DNA of 64,000 nucleotides, from positions 64,001 to 128,000 of the forward strand of contig CAWDPO010000011.1 of NCBI GenBank assembly GCA_963804165.1, written 5' to 3'. This document shows, piece by piece, positions 40,192-49,535 of the stretch. The DNA comes from an uncultured delta proteobacterium (GTDB lineage Bacteria; Desulfobacterota; Binatia; UBA9968). The notes beneath the pieces are model-generated. The model saw only the letters and a program-made list of their open reading frames with translations. It did not search any database and was not told the DNA's origin. Positions within the stretch are counted from its first letter, which is position 1. Each line of letters opens with the position of its first letter. The position numbers and the translations under genes are program-made.

Positions 40192-41160
40192 TCACGGATA
40201 CAGCTTCGCGACCCACTCACCGTAGCCATTGTAAGGCAACGTTGCGCGGCGCTCGCCGGTATCGATTAGTTTTTCCGTTGCCTGGGACCAGCGCGGGTGC
40301 GGTATGTCGGGACGCACGTTGGCGACAAAATCATATTCCTCAGGCCGGTTGCTATTCCAGAACGTCCGCGGCCTGTCCGCCGTGAATTCGATCCGCACGA
40401 TCGATTTGATGCTCTTGAAGCCGTATTTCCAAGGCACCACCAGACGCAACGGCGCGCCATGTTGCTTCGGCAAGGGGTGACCATAAATCCCCGTCGCGAG
40501 TAAGGTCAGTTCGTTCATCGCTTCCGCCATGGAAAGTCCCTCGCTGTACGGCCACGGTCCCTTTGATGGATTTTGATTGGTTGCGATTTCCGGTTTCATG
40601 AAGGTTACGAAGCGCACGTACTTGGCCGCTGAAAGCGGCTGTACTTTGTCGATAAAATCTTTCATCGGTATACCGGTCCATGGCACGGCCATCGCCCAGG
40701 CTTCGACGCAGCGGAAACGGTAAAGTCGTTCTTCGAGAGGCAGCGCGCGAACGAGTTCATCGATGTCGAAGACGCGCGGTTTCTCGACCAGGCCGGCGAC
40801 GTCGATTTGCCAGGGCGACGTAGTGAGCCGTCGGGCCTTCTGATAAACGCCGCGTTTGAAAACGCTGAACTCGTAGAAATTATTGTACGATGCTGCGTAA
40901 ATCTCTTCGGTGAGCGGCCGATCGAGAACGAATTGCGCGTTGCGACGGGCCGGATAGCGGTCGACGGCCGGCGGCTTTTCCTGTGCGCCAAGGACTGGCG
41001 CATCTTGGGCAGGTCCGCACGCCCAATTGGCGCCTGCGGCCAAGCCGAGACCCAACAAACCGGTTGTTTTGAGAAGTAGACGACGCTGGCGGAAGATCGA
41101 TTCCGGGGTAGCTCGTGGTTCCGCGATCCGCCACGGTTGGCGTCCGATGATAGGTACCAT
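40192..41160 (-). CDS. msrP: Protein-methionine-sulfoxide reductase catalytic subunit MsrP
   Basis: Tat-like RRLLLK; YNNFYEF, RFRCVEAW, QHGAPLRLVVPWKYGFKSIKSI and HPRWSQATE motifs. Confidence 0.95.
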   Translation of the reverse strand: MVPIIGRQPWRIAEPRATPESIFRQRRLLLKTTGLLGLGLAAGANWACGPAQDAPVLGAQEKPPAVDRYPARRNAQFVLDRPLTEEIYAASYNNFYEFSVFKRGVYQKARRLTTSPWQIDVAGLVEKPRVFDIDELVRALPLEERLYRFRCVEAWAMAVPWTGIPMKDFIDKVQPLSAAKYVRFVTFMKPEIATNQNPSKGPWPYSEGLSMAEAMNELTLLATGIYGHPLPKQHGAPLRLVVPWKYGFKSIKSIVRIEFTADRPRTFWNSNRPEEYDFVANVRPDIPHPRWSQATEKLIDTGERRATLPYNGYGEWVAKLYP

Positions 41161-41304
41161 GGTCGTCGAAGAGGGATCGCTTGCAGCGAATGTAGCGATT
41201 GTACTCAGCGCGGTGCGGAGCTACAACCACGCCAGCAGACAAAGCGCGATTGCCGGATCTTGGTAGCTTGACGGAAGAGTGTTCGATCGATCGCGATGCG
41301 CGGC

Positions 41305-42261
41305 TTAGTTGTGTGCGACTTCGAGGGGAGTGACGAATTCTTTGCGAATGAAACCGATGGGTCCGTTGCCGGCGGAGCGCACTTCGAGCCAGTCGCCCTG
41401 TTTCTGCAGCACGGTGACCTTCGTGCCGATGGTGAAGGTCGTCAATGTCGGAGAAGAGAAATTCGGATCCTTGCGCAACGAGGTTGCATATTTGATGCGA
41501 AATTCTCTTCCCTCGGATTTCCCCGGCGTCGCGAGATTGGCCTTGGACGCAGCCATCGGTCCGGGCTTTGGCGAGGCGATCGTCGGGGCAGGACTTTGGG
41601 CCGCGTTTGCCGGGCGGGTTGACGCTGCCTCGCCGACGATGCGGGCCGGCGTCGGGGCGTCATTCAAATTGGCCAAGGATTTTTCCCACTGAACCAAAGA
41701 GGTAATGTCCATTCCTTCGTGCACGAAGAGCAGCGGACAAATCACGTTCAGTTGATCCGAAATGAGTTCGGCGAACGACCACTTCGCGGCTTCGGCGAGA
41801 ATCGCCTTTTTAAATTCGCCGTCATTGATGCGCGCTGACATTTCTCTCACTTGCTGGACTTCTCCGGAAGGAGTGACGCTAAACTGCACCGTCATGCTGC
41901 CGGCGAGGTTAGGATTTTTTGCGACCTCGCCGCGGTAGATCTCGCGCATGCCCTGCAATTGGTTTTCGATGCGCACGGCGATTTTGTTGGCGTCGCCCGG
42001 GCTATCCTTGGCCGCCTTAGCGCTAAATCCAAGCTCCCGCGCGAAGTAAACCATATTACCAAGCGCGAAATTCGTCGCGCGCGCCGGTTTACTGAGATCC
42101 CGCCGCACGACGGGGTTCGCTCCCGCCGATGCTTCCTTCTTCGGCGATTCGGTTCCTATGCCAAAACCGAAATAAATGATCCCGAGTCCAACCAAGCAAC
42201 TGATGACTCCAGTGAGACCCTTGATACCCAGCGGCCAATCCTGACTGACGTTCTTCATCAT
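41305..42261 (-). CDS. Membrane-anchored AgmX/PglI-C (TonB-C-like) plus C-terminal SH3b domain protein
   Basis: TM segment; YRGEVAKNPNLAGSMTVQFSV..G..WSF; Pro/Ala linker; LRKDP..GTKVTVL..GDWLEV..GFIRKEFV. Confidence 0.78.
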   Translation of the reverse strand: MMKNVSQDWPLGIKGLTGVISCLVGLGIIYFGFGIGTESPKKEASAGANPVVRRDLSKPARATNFALGNMVYFARELGFSAKAAKDSPGDANKIAVRIENQLQGMREIYRGEVAKNPNLAGSMTVQFSVTPSGEVQQVREMSARINDGEFKKAILAEAAKWSFAELISDQLNVICPLLFVHEGMDITSLVQWEKSLANLNDAPTPARIVGEAASTRPANAAQSPAPTIASPKPGPMAASKANLATPGKSEGREFRIKYATSLRKDPNFSSPTLTTFTIGTKVTVLQKQGDWLEVRSAGNGPIGFIRKEFVTPLEVAHN

Positions 42262-42838
42262 TAAATGGATGCTCCCAAAGATTGTTGAACCACGGGTGGC
42301 AAAAGCAAGTTTTGTACCTCCGAGCATCCGCCGTTTGTGCCAAAGGACCCGCGTGCAGTTATCCCCGCAGTCGTTGACACGGGAGCGTACTTTATGGAGC
42401 ATGGAAATCTTTTGCCGCCTCGCAACTCGGCAAGGCTGTCTGCAAATGTCATAGGCATGCGGATCCGCGCTAAGGACGGGAATGAGGCGGCTGAACAGTT
42501 TTCGACGAGGTGAACGAATTTTGCGGATTGCATCTGCCACGTCAGAGAATCGGGCGATCGGATGACAACGGTGGTTTTGACCGCTGCGGGGAGTCGGCAA
42601 GACGAGTGAAAGTCAGCGCCCAGTTACGCGATGCTTGGTTTCGCTCTGCATCATCGACCGGCGGCGCGCCGAATTGTTCTACATAAGAGCTGCACAAGCA
42701 TGCCATGAGCACCCGGCTGGCTCTCACTGCTTGCACAGATTCTCGCTGCGCGTTTTAGGCGGCGCTCACTTGAACGCGGTCCGGTCGCGGTCTAATATGG
42801 CGCCGCGTTAGGACCGTTACACTCGACGAGGAGGGATT

Positions 42839-43870
42839 ATGATTACGATCGTACTGCTGTTAGTTCTACTGGTGTTATCGAGCGCGGAATTGCCGGCGCA
42901 AAGCCCTTACTATCAGGGCAAGACGATCACCTTCATCGTCGGTTCGGGAGCGGGAACGGCCTACGACATGTATTCGAGGCTGCTCGCTAACCATATGGCT
43001 AAGCACATTCCGGGTAATCCCAGCGTGGTCGTGCAGAATATGCCGGCAGCGGGTGGCATGGTAGCGGCAAACTTTGTTTATGGGGTAGCCAAGCCCGATG
43101 GTTTGACGGTCGCATCCATTAATCCGGCGCATTACTTCAATCAGCTTCAAGGCAACAAAGAAGTAAAATTCGACTGGCCCAAATTCACCTGGCTTGCGAG
43201 CTCCGACAAGTCCGAACATATGCTCTACATGCGCGCCGACGCGCCGTTCAAATCGATACAGGATATCCGCAAAGCAACGACGGAGCCGCCCAAGTGCGGT
43301 GCCACCGGGACCGGGACCAGCGGGCACTACATCCCGCGCATGCTCGAAGAAGCCCTTGGCACCAAATTTACGATTGTCACCGGGTACGCCGGCGGCAACG
43401 AGATCGATTTGGCGACGGAGCGAAACGAAGTGGTGTGCCGCTCGTTTACGACAGCGGCTTATTTCGCGCGCGAGCCGTATCATACCTGGCGGAAGAAGAA
43501 TTTCGTGCGGATCCTCATGCAGACGGGGCAGAAGCGTGATCCGCGTCTGCCGGATACGCCGTTGCTCGGCGATCTCATGGATGAATTCAAAACCTCGGAT
43601 CTTGGACGACGCGTGGTTACGGTGATGCTCGGCTCCGGCGAGCTCGGACGCCCGAACGTAACTCATCCGGCAACACCCGCGGATCGAACCAAAATCTTAC
43701 GCGAGGCGTTCATGAAGAGCATGGCCGATCCCGCGCTGCTTGCGGATGCGGCCAAGAGCAACCTCGAGATTACGCCGGTGAGCGGAGAAGAATTGGCCAA
43801 GATCGCGAAAGACGTCATTGACCAGCCACCGGAAGTCGTCGAGCGCATCAAAAAGATTTTGGCGCAGTAA
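42839..43870 (+). CDS. TctC/Bug family substrate-binding protein
   Basis: Signal peptide; YYQGKTI, HIPGNP..QNMPAAGG, KPDGLT and GYAGGNEI motifs. Confidence 0.9.
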   Translation: MITIVLLLVLLVLSSAELPAQSPYYQGKTITFIVGSGAGTAYDMYSRLLANHMAKHIPGNPSVVVQNMPAAGGMVAANFVYGVAKPDGLTVASINPAHYFNQLQGNKEVKFDWPKFTWLASSDKSEHMLYMRADAPFKSIQDIRKATTEPPKCGATGTGTSGHYIPRMLEEALGTKFTIVTGYAGGNEIDLATERNEVVCRSFTTAAYFAREPYHTWRKKNFVRILMQTGQKRDPRLPDTPLLGDLMDEFKTSDLGRRVVTVMLGSGELGRPNVTHPATPADRTKILREAFMKSMADPALLADAAKSNLEITPVSGEELAKIAKDVIDQPPEVVERIKKILAQ

Positions 43871-44135
43871 CGATTCGCTGGCGCGCTACTGCGCTCGACG
43901 ACGACTGCGGCGGTCGCTGTGAAAAAATCATTGTACTCTGGTTACGTTGCGTGGGCCGAGGAGCGCGCTGTCAACCTCCATCGAATTGAACTGCGGGCGT
44001 TTAGCTAAAGCTTTCCGGTCGTCCACGCGCGTTTCATCGCCCGATTTCCCCGACCGATCGGCGTGTTGAATTCGACCCTATTAATACGTACGCTGAATTA
44101 TTCCCGCGAAAACCCAATCCGATTTGGAGGAGTCC

Positions 44136-44663
44136 ATGGGGCCGATTCGATCTTTTTTCTCCGCCTGCGCCGTTGCGATGCTGTGTCTCAATTGTGACGT
44201 TTCTGCCCAGACCGCGGCGAAGCCGGCAACGGTGATCCAGACGGGTTCCATGGTCGCGTTCGACTACACGTTGACCGACGAAAGCGGCACAGTGATCGAG
44301 TCGAGCAAAGGAAAAGAGCCGATGCATTATGTGCACGGCAAGGGAGAAATGATTCCAGGATTGGAAAAGGAATTGACGGGAATGGGCGTGGGCGGCGAAA
44401 AAAAAGTGACGGTCAAACCCGAAGAAGGTTACGGCCCTGTGGATCCGCGAGCCTTCCAGGAAGTTCCCAAAGATAAGCTTCCGCCCGAAGCGCTCAAGGT
44501 CGGTGCCACTTTGACAGCCCGAGGACCGCAAGGCCAAGCGGTCCCGGTGCGCGTGCATGAAATCAAAGAAAGCATCGTCATTATGGATTTCAATCATCCG
44601 CTCGCTGGAAAAACCCTTTTGTTCGACATCAAGATCACGGAGATCAAGGCCGCGGAAAAATAG
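44136..44663 (+). CDS. slyD: Exported FKBP-type peptidyl-prolyl isomerase (SlyD-like)
   Basis: YVHGKGEMIPGLE, PEEGYG and DFNHPLAGKTL motifs; signal peptide; no His-rich tail. Confidence 0.88.
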   Translation: MGPIRSFFSACAVAMLCLNCDVSAQTAAKPATVIQTGSMVAFDYTLTDESGTVIESSKGKEPMHYVHGKGEMIPGLEKELTGMGVGGEKKVTVKPEEGYGPVDPRAFQEVPKDKLPPEALKVGATLTARGPQGQAVPVRVHEIKESIVIMDFNHPLAGKTLLFDIKITEIKAAEK

Positions 44664-44830
44664 TCGCCCTGGCGCTCGCTCGTCAGATTCTCTGTCCTAT
44701 TTTACCTTACCCTCACGCGTCGTGCGCTGATATTCGCAAGATCGGTTAGAGTTTCCACACAAGCGGCCACCCTTCTCGCCGGAAAGACTTACTTCACTCG
44801 CGGATCCACGTTAACGGTCAAGGTCGGACC

Positions 44831-44860
44831 TTGACCTCGCTGGGCGTTCGTTATTAGATT
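44831..44860 (+). promoter_or_regulatory. sigma70-type promoter of the OCD/M24 cluster
   Basis: TTGACC-18nt-TAGATT. Confidence 0.4.
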
Positions 44861-44906
44861 GCGCTCGTGCGCGGCGAGCCATTTTCAACGGATTGAGACG
44901 ACCTTT

Positions 44907-45848
44907 TTGACGCTCTTGCTTAAACGATCCGAGGTTTCCGATTTGCTCGATCTACGGCGGGCGATGACGGTGCTCGAACAAACGTTTCGCGAGCAATCCG
45001 ACGGTCACGTGAAACAAGTGGCGCCGCTGCGCTTCATGAATCGCGGCATGCGCATGGTCGTGGGCGGGCTCAAGGCGCAAAACAAAAACGGCTTTCGCGT
45101 CAGCGTCACCGGCGGCGAGGGCGTGGCCCTGTTGTTTGAGATTAGCTCGGGCGATCTTATCTGTTTGATGGGTTATCCATTCAGCAATTTGCGCATCAGC
45201 GCGACCGTGGGACTCGCCATCGAGCGTTTCACTGATTCCAAAGCCCGATCGGTGGCAATGATCGGCAGCGGACGACTCGCATTGCCGGTTCTCGAACCCG
45301 CGATCGCAGTGCGTCCCGTAGACCGCGTTCTAGTTTACAGCCGGAGTGCGGAAAACCGTGACGCATTTGCGCGCAAGGCGAGCGAGAAGCTAAAAGTGCC
45401 GGTGCTCGCGGTGAGTTCGGCACAAAAGGCGCTTGATGAAGCGGATTTCGTGCTTGTGAGTACCAATTCGCCCGCGGCAGCGTTGCGTGGCCAATGGTTG
45501 CGGCCGGGTCTTGCGGTTTTCGGCGTCGGGCGGCCGAACGAGCTCGACGATGATGTTTTTTTGCGCGCCGACTTGATTACCGTGACCAGCAAGGCGCATG
45601 AGTTGGAATACTATGATAGGAAGTTGGACCAGCCTCTGATTCGTTTGTCGCAGCAGGGGACGATTCCTTGGCAGTCGGTTGTCGAGTTCGGCGATATCCT
45701 CGCCGGTAAAATCGCCGCGCCGGCTCCGTTGAAAAGTATCCTAGTGTTCCGCGATTCGCAGGGCGGCTATGGCGATCTGGCATTGGCGGCGTGGGCCTAT
45801 GAAGAAGCGCGCCGGCGCGGCTTGGGACAGCAAATCAGTACTGAGTGA
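44907..45848 (+). CDS. Ornithine cyclodeaminase/mu-crystallin family protein
   Basis: MIGSGRLA Rossmann motif, ELDD, FRDSQGGYGDLA; TTG start chosen by alignment to paralog 50836 (ORF open from 44859). Confidence 0.85.
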   Translation: MTLLLKRSEVSDLLDLRRAMTVLEQTFREQSDGHVKQVAPLRFMNRGMRMVVGGLKAQNKNGFRVSVTGGEGVALLFEISSGDLICLMGYPFSNLRISATVGLAIERFTDSKARSVAMIGSGRLALPVLEPAIAVRPVDRVLVYSRSAENRDAFARKASEKLKVPVLAVSSAQKALDEADFVLVSTNSPAAALRGQWLRPGLAVFGVGRPNELDDDVFLRADLITVTSKAHELEYYDRKLDQPLIRLSQQGTIPWQSVVEFGDILAGKIAAPAPLKSILVFRDSQGGYGDLALAAWAYEEARRRGLGQQISTE

Positions 45849-45866
45849 AGGACAAAAGATGCGGCG

Positions 45867-47024
45867 ATGAAGACGACGAATAGGACGAATACAGCACATA
45901 TGACCTATAAAGTTCTTGTCATTGCGGTGCTCTTGGTCGTCTCTGTCTGCGCGCTCGCTGATTGGGCGGACGCTGCGCAGGCGCGCTGGGAAGATGTCGT
46001 CAAAGCGGCGGAAAAGGAAGGCGAGGTTACGGTCTACGCGACCAATTCGGTCGGCGATCTGCAGGTGATCTGGGACGCTTTCAAAAAAAAATTTCCTAAG
46101 ATCAAACTGAATTCCGTCGGCATCAGCACCACCAGCGAAATCGTCACCAAGGTCATGGCCGAGCGGCGCGCGAGTCAATTTCTGGTCGACGTGATGCTCG
46201 GCGCGCCGGGGGCGACCTACAATAGCTTTTACCGCGGCAAAGCCGTCGATCCGCTGCCACCAGCGCTCGTGTTGCCGGAAGTCACGGACCTGTCCAAGTG
46301 GTGGAAAGGCAAGCACCGTTACGTCGATCCAGAAGGGCAGTACGTCTTCGTTTATCAGAGCACGCTCTATGGGCCGCCTTTTTACACCAATACTAAGCTG
46401 GTTGGTTCGGAGTCGCTCCGTTCGGTTTGGGATTTTCTCGATCCAAAATGGAAGGGCAAGACGATCGCGCTATGGCCGCGCGCCAACTACGTCTCGACGG
46501 CGCTCCTTTTTATGTACCATCACCCGCAAGTCGGACCGAAATTTCTCGAAAGATTTTATGGCGGTGAGATGGATCTCACTTATTTCAGCGATTTCCGCCA
46601 GGGGACTGATTGGCTAGCCTCGGGCAAATATCTGATCTGCGCTCTCTGTCGGCTCAGGCGTGCCGCGGAGCACGGTCTTCCGGTGGCGGAAGTGAATCCC
46701 TACCAATTCAAAGAAGCGCCCGGCATCGGCTCGAACAACGGCGCGATCGTTTTGATGAACAATCATCCGCATCCCAATGCCTCGAAGGTTTTTATCAACT
46801 GGTACCTGTCGCGCGAAGGACAGATCGCTTTTCGCCAGGCCAACAACACGCAGGAAGACGAAACGACGACGTCGATGCGTGAAGATTTGCCGGCGAACGT
46901 CGTGCCAGAAGCGGCGCGACGACGCAAGGACGTCGACTATATTGAAATCAGCCGGCACGACTGGATGGAGTGGAAGCCCGTCGGCGACCTGATCAGCGCC
47001 GCGCGGCAGAAGTCGGGGAAGTGA
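45867..47024 (+). CDS. ABC extracellular solute-binding protein
   Basis: Signal peptide; AAEKEGEVTVY, LDPKWKGK and HPNASKVFINWYLSREGQ motifs. Confidence 0.88.
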   Translation: MKTTNRTNTAHMTYKVLVIAVLLVVSVCALADWADAAQARWEDVVKAAEKEGEVTVYATNSVGDLQVIWDAFKKKFPKIKLNSVGISTTSEIVTKVMAERRASQFLVDVMLGAPGATYNSFYRGKAVDPLPPALVLPEVTDLSKWWKGKHRYVDPEGQYVFVYQSTLYGPPFYTNTKLVGSESLRSVWDFLDPKWKGKTIALWPRANYVSTALLFMYHHPQVGPKFLERFYGGEMDLTYFSDFRQGTDWLASGKYLICALCRLRRAAEHGLPVAEVNPYQFKEAPGIGSNNGAIVLMNNHPHPNASKVFINWYLSREGQIAFRQANNTQEDETTTSMREDLPANVVPEAARRRKDVDYIEISRHDWMEWKPVGDLISAARQKSGK

Positions 47025-47044
47025 CGGCAAGCTTTTCGCTTGCC

Positions 47045-47071
47045 GTCATCCTGAGCGACGCGAAGGAGCTC
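47045..47071 (+). repeat. Half REP (GTCATCCTGAG family)
   Basis: GTCATCCTGAGCGACGCGAAGGAGCTC. Confidence 0.5.
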
Positions 47072-47092
47072 ATTTTCGACGGAGGAATTGTT

Positions 47093-47959
47093 ATGGAAAA
47101 TGGAAAACCGACGATCGATCGCATCGACCACGGCGTGTTGCCGAGCAACGATCTCGGGCGAGCGCATCGTTTCTACTCGACGTTTATGGGCGGTGAGTTG
47201 GATCATCTGACCAACTTGACGATCCGTGGGCTCAATCGCGAGGTGCCGCAGATTCTTTTCTACACATTGGCGAATCACAAGGGTTGGGGACTGGCGCTGC
47301 AGGATTTTCCGATCGCGCCGACTCCGGCGCGGCCGTTGGACGGCGTGGTGTACGGCTTCGAAGTGGCGGCGGACAGTCTGGCCGATGTGGTTCGCTCCGC
47401 CGAGGAGCGCAAGCTCAAAATTCACGGTCCGGTGAGTTACGCGGAACCTTCGCCGATCAAAGAGTCGTTATTCGTCCTTGATCCCGACGGCAACACGTTG
47501 GAACTCTCCGTGCGCCGCGATCCGACGAGCGACAAACCGCAGGGCAAGATCGTGCCGATGCGTCGAATCAGCCACGTGCGCGTAGAAGTGACTGACTTGG
47601 CCCAGGGCAAATCTTGGTATCGTGACACCTTCGGCCTGAGAGAGGAAAGACAAGTTCCCGGCGAGGAGCAGGCGACGCTCACCGTGCCGAATACCGGACA
47701 GCTGGTCATTCTGCATCGCGTCGATCAAGTCGCCGAGCGCAGCACGCGCGCGGTCAAAGGGCCGCATATCGATTTTCGCATTGCGCCGGAGCTCTATCCG
47801 CCGATCCTGGAAAAGTTTAACCGCAAAGAATTTTACTGGGGGCCGGATCCGACAAAGATCCCGTGGCACGAGCAGGGCGGCCATACGGTGTACGGTTACG
47901 ATCCGTTCGGCAACCGGATTCAGATCGGCCATCGATTCGGTCACCAAGGGTCGCACTAG
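47093..47959 (+). CDS. Two-domain VOC family protein
   Basis: IDHGVL..FY, DPDGNTLEL, ISHVRVEVTDL and DPFGNRIQ motifs; GGAGG SD. Confidence 0.87.
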   Translation: MENGKPTIDRIDHGVLPSNDLGRAHRFYSTFMGGELDHLTNLTIRGLNREVPQILFYTLANHKGWGLALQDFPIAPTPARPLDGVVYGFEVAADSLADVVRSAEERKLKIHGPVSYAEPSPIKESLFVLDPDGNTLELSVRRDPTSDKPQGKIVPMRRISHVRVEVTDLAQGKSWYRDTFGLREERQVPGEEQATLTVPNTGQLVILHRVDQVAERSTRAVKGPHIDFRIAPELYPPILEKFNRKEFYWGPDPTKIPWHEQGGHTVYGYDPFGNRIQIGHRFGHQGSH

Positions 47960-47996
47960 ATAAGCGGCATTAATTGGAAAGCGTTCCGATCATGAG

Positions 47997-48065
47997 TGTC
48001 ATTCTGAGGCGAAGCCGAAGAATCTCGACCGAAGCCGAGACCCTTCGCTCACGCTCAGGGTGACA
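47997..48065. repeat. Palindromic REP (TGTCATTCTGAG...CTCAGGGTGACA)
   Basis: Terminal inverted repeats with internal GAAGAATCTC/GAGACCCTTC pairing. Confidence 0.75.
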
Positions 48066-48135
48066 CGCATTAGGAGATCCTGAGCCTCTAATTGCATTAA
48101 TCGGCAGTAACATCGTTCAAAAGAGGTGTTAAAAA

Positions 48136-49323
48136 ATGAGTATTCCTCAATTATCCATCGAAGAACGCGACCGGCGTTATCAAATTGTGCGTGCTGAAAT
48201 GGCCAAGCGCGGCATCGACTGTCTAGTGTTGCCGGCGAATACCGGGCGGTGGGAGCAGTTGCAAGGCGACTCGCGTTACCTGACCTCGATCGGCGGCTTC
48301 GCCACCGAAGTATTCACCATCTTCCCGCGTGAAGGCGCCGTGACGGCGTACATATTCAACCGCGCAGGGTGGTGGAAACAAGCGCAGAAGTGGGTCGAGG
48401 ACGTGCGCGACGGGCGCAATCGTTGGGGGCAAAACGCGATCGAGCGGATCAATGAGCTCGGCTTGCAAAAAGGCACCATCGGCATTTCAGGACTCGCGGG
48501 CTTGTTTCGCGCCCCGGAAGGAATCATTCCCTATTCCTCCGTGAAAGCGATTCAAGATACCTTTCCTCAAGCGAAGATCGTCAACGCCACCGAGATGATG
48601 CAGGAGATCCGCGCCGTGAAAAGCGCCGAGGAAGTTTCGCTGCTCGAACGATCCGCGGCGATCGTCGAGAAAACCATCGAAGCGATGGTGGAGAATGCCA
48701 ATCCCGGCGTCAGCGAAAGAGAGCTCTACGGCGCCATGGTGCACGCGATGCTGGCCAACGGGGGTGAGCTGCCGACGCTATTTTTCTTGAGCGGGGGTCC
48801 GGGCATCAGCAACAGTTCGTTTGTGCCGACGGATTATCGCCTGCAAAAAGGCGACCGGCTGATCGACGAGATCGAAGCGAAATACGCCGGCTACGCCGCG
48901 CAGGCCGTCTGCCCGGTCGTGCTCGGCGCGCCCGACGACGAGTATCAGAAAATGATCGACATCTCACGCGCCTGTTTCGACAGCATCCTGCACAACATGA
49001 AACCGGGCGTGACCTTCGGCGGGCTATTCGATATTTACCGCGACACGGTGGAGCGGATCGGCGGAGGAAAATATCTGTGGAACCATCCGATGATGCACGC
49101 GCGTGGTCTGGGCGACGACGGGCCGGCGCTGCTGGGCGATAAAGATCTGGAACGATTCTCGAAAATCGAGCTGCAGACCGGCATGACGTTTATTCTTAAA
49201 CCGCAAGTTCGACCGAAGGAAGGCAAGGGTCGCGCCAGTATCGGCGACACGGTCACGGTCACACAAAACGGCGCGCGGCGTTTAGGCAAGCGCGAGCTGA
49301 AGTTGATCGTGACGATCGTTTAA
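48136..49323 (+). CDS. M24 (creatinase/Xaa-Pro peptidase fold) hydrolase with atypical active site
   Basis: Creatinase N-domain, RAVKSAEE, PGVSERE, HARGLG, FILKP and IGDTVTVT..GARRL. Confidence 0.87.
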   Translation: MSIPQLSIEERDRRYQIVRAEMAKRGIDCLVLPANTGRWEQLQGDSRYLTSIGGFATEVFTIFPREGAVTAYIFNRAGWWKQAQKWVEDVRDGRNRWGQNAIERINELGLQKGTIGISGLAGLFRAPEGIIPYSSVKAIQDTFPQAKIVNATEMMQEIRAVKSAEEVSLLERSAAIVEKTIEAMVENANPGVSERELYGAMVHAMLANGGELPTLFFLSGGPGISNSSFVPTDYRLQKGDRLIDEIEAKYAGYAAQAVCPVVLGAPDDEYQKMIDISRACFDSILHNMKPGVTFGGLFDIYRDTVERIGGGKYLWNHPMMHARGLGDDGPALLGDKDLERFSKIELQTGMTFILKPQVRPKEGKGRASIGDTVTVTQNGARRLGKRELKLIVTIV

Positions 49324-49349
49324 CAAACGAGAACGCAAATCGTCACATC

Positions 49350-49434
49350 GTAGGGGCGCAATTTATTGCGCCCGATTTCCGCCAACACATAGCGCCTGGG
49401 CAACCAATCAGGGCGCGATGCATCGCGCCTTTGC
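49350..49434. repeat. Inverted pair of GTAG-type REPs (REPIN-like)
   Basis: GTAG GGGCGCAAT-TT-ATTGCGCCC and AGGGCGCGAT-GC-ATCGCGCCT. Confidence 0.7.
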
Positions 49435-49535
49435 AGTGTCGGAGCCGAACACCTGATCGTTGGTTCTGACGCACTTCTCGATCTAGCTTCCCAATCTTTT
49501 TGGTGATACTAACAGTGCCGGTCGGAGGCTCTACC

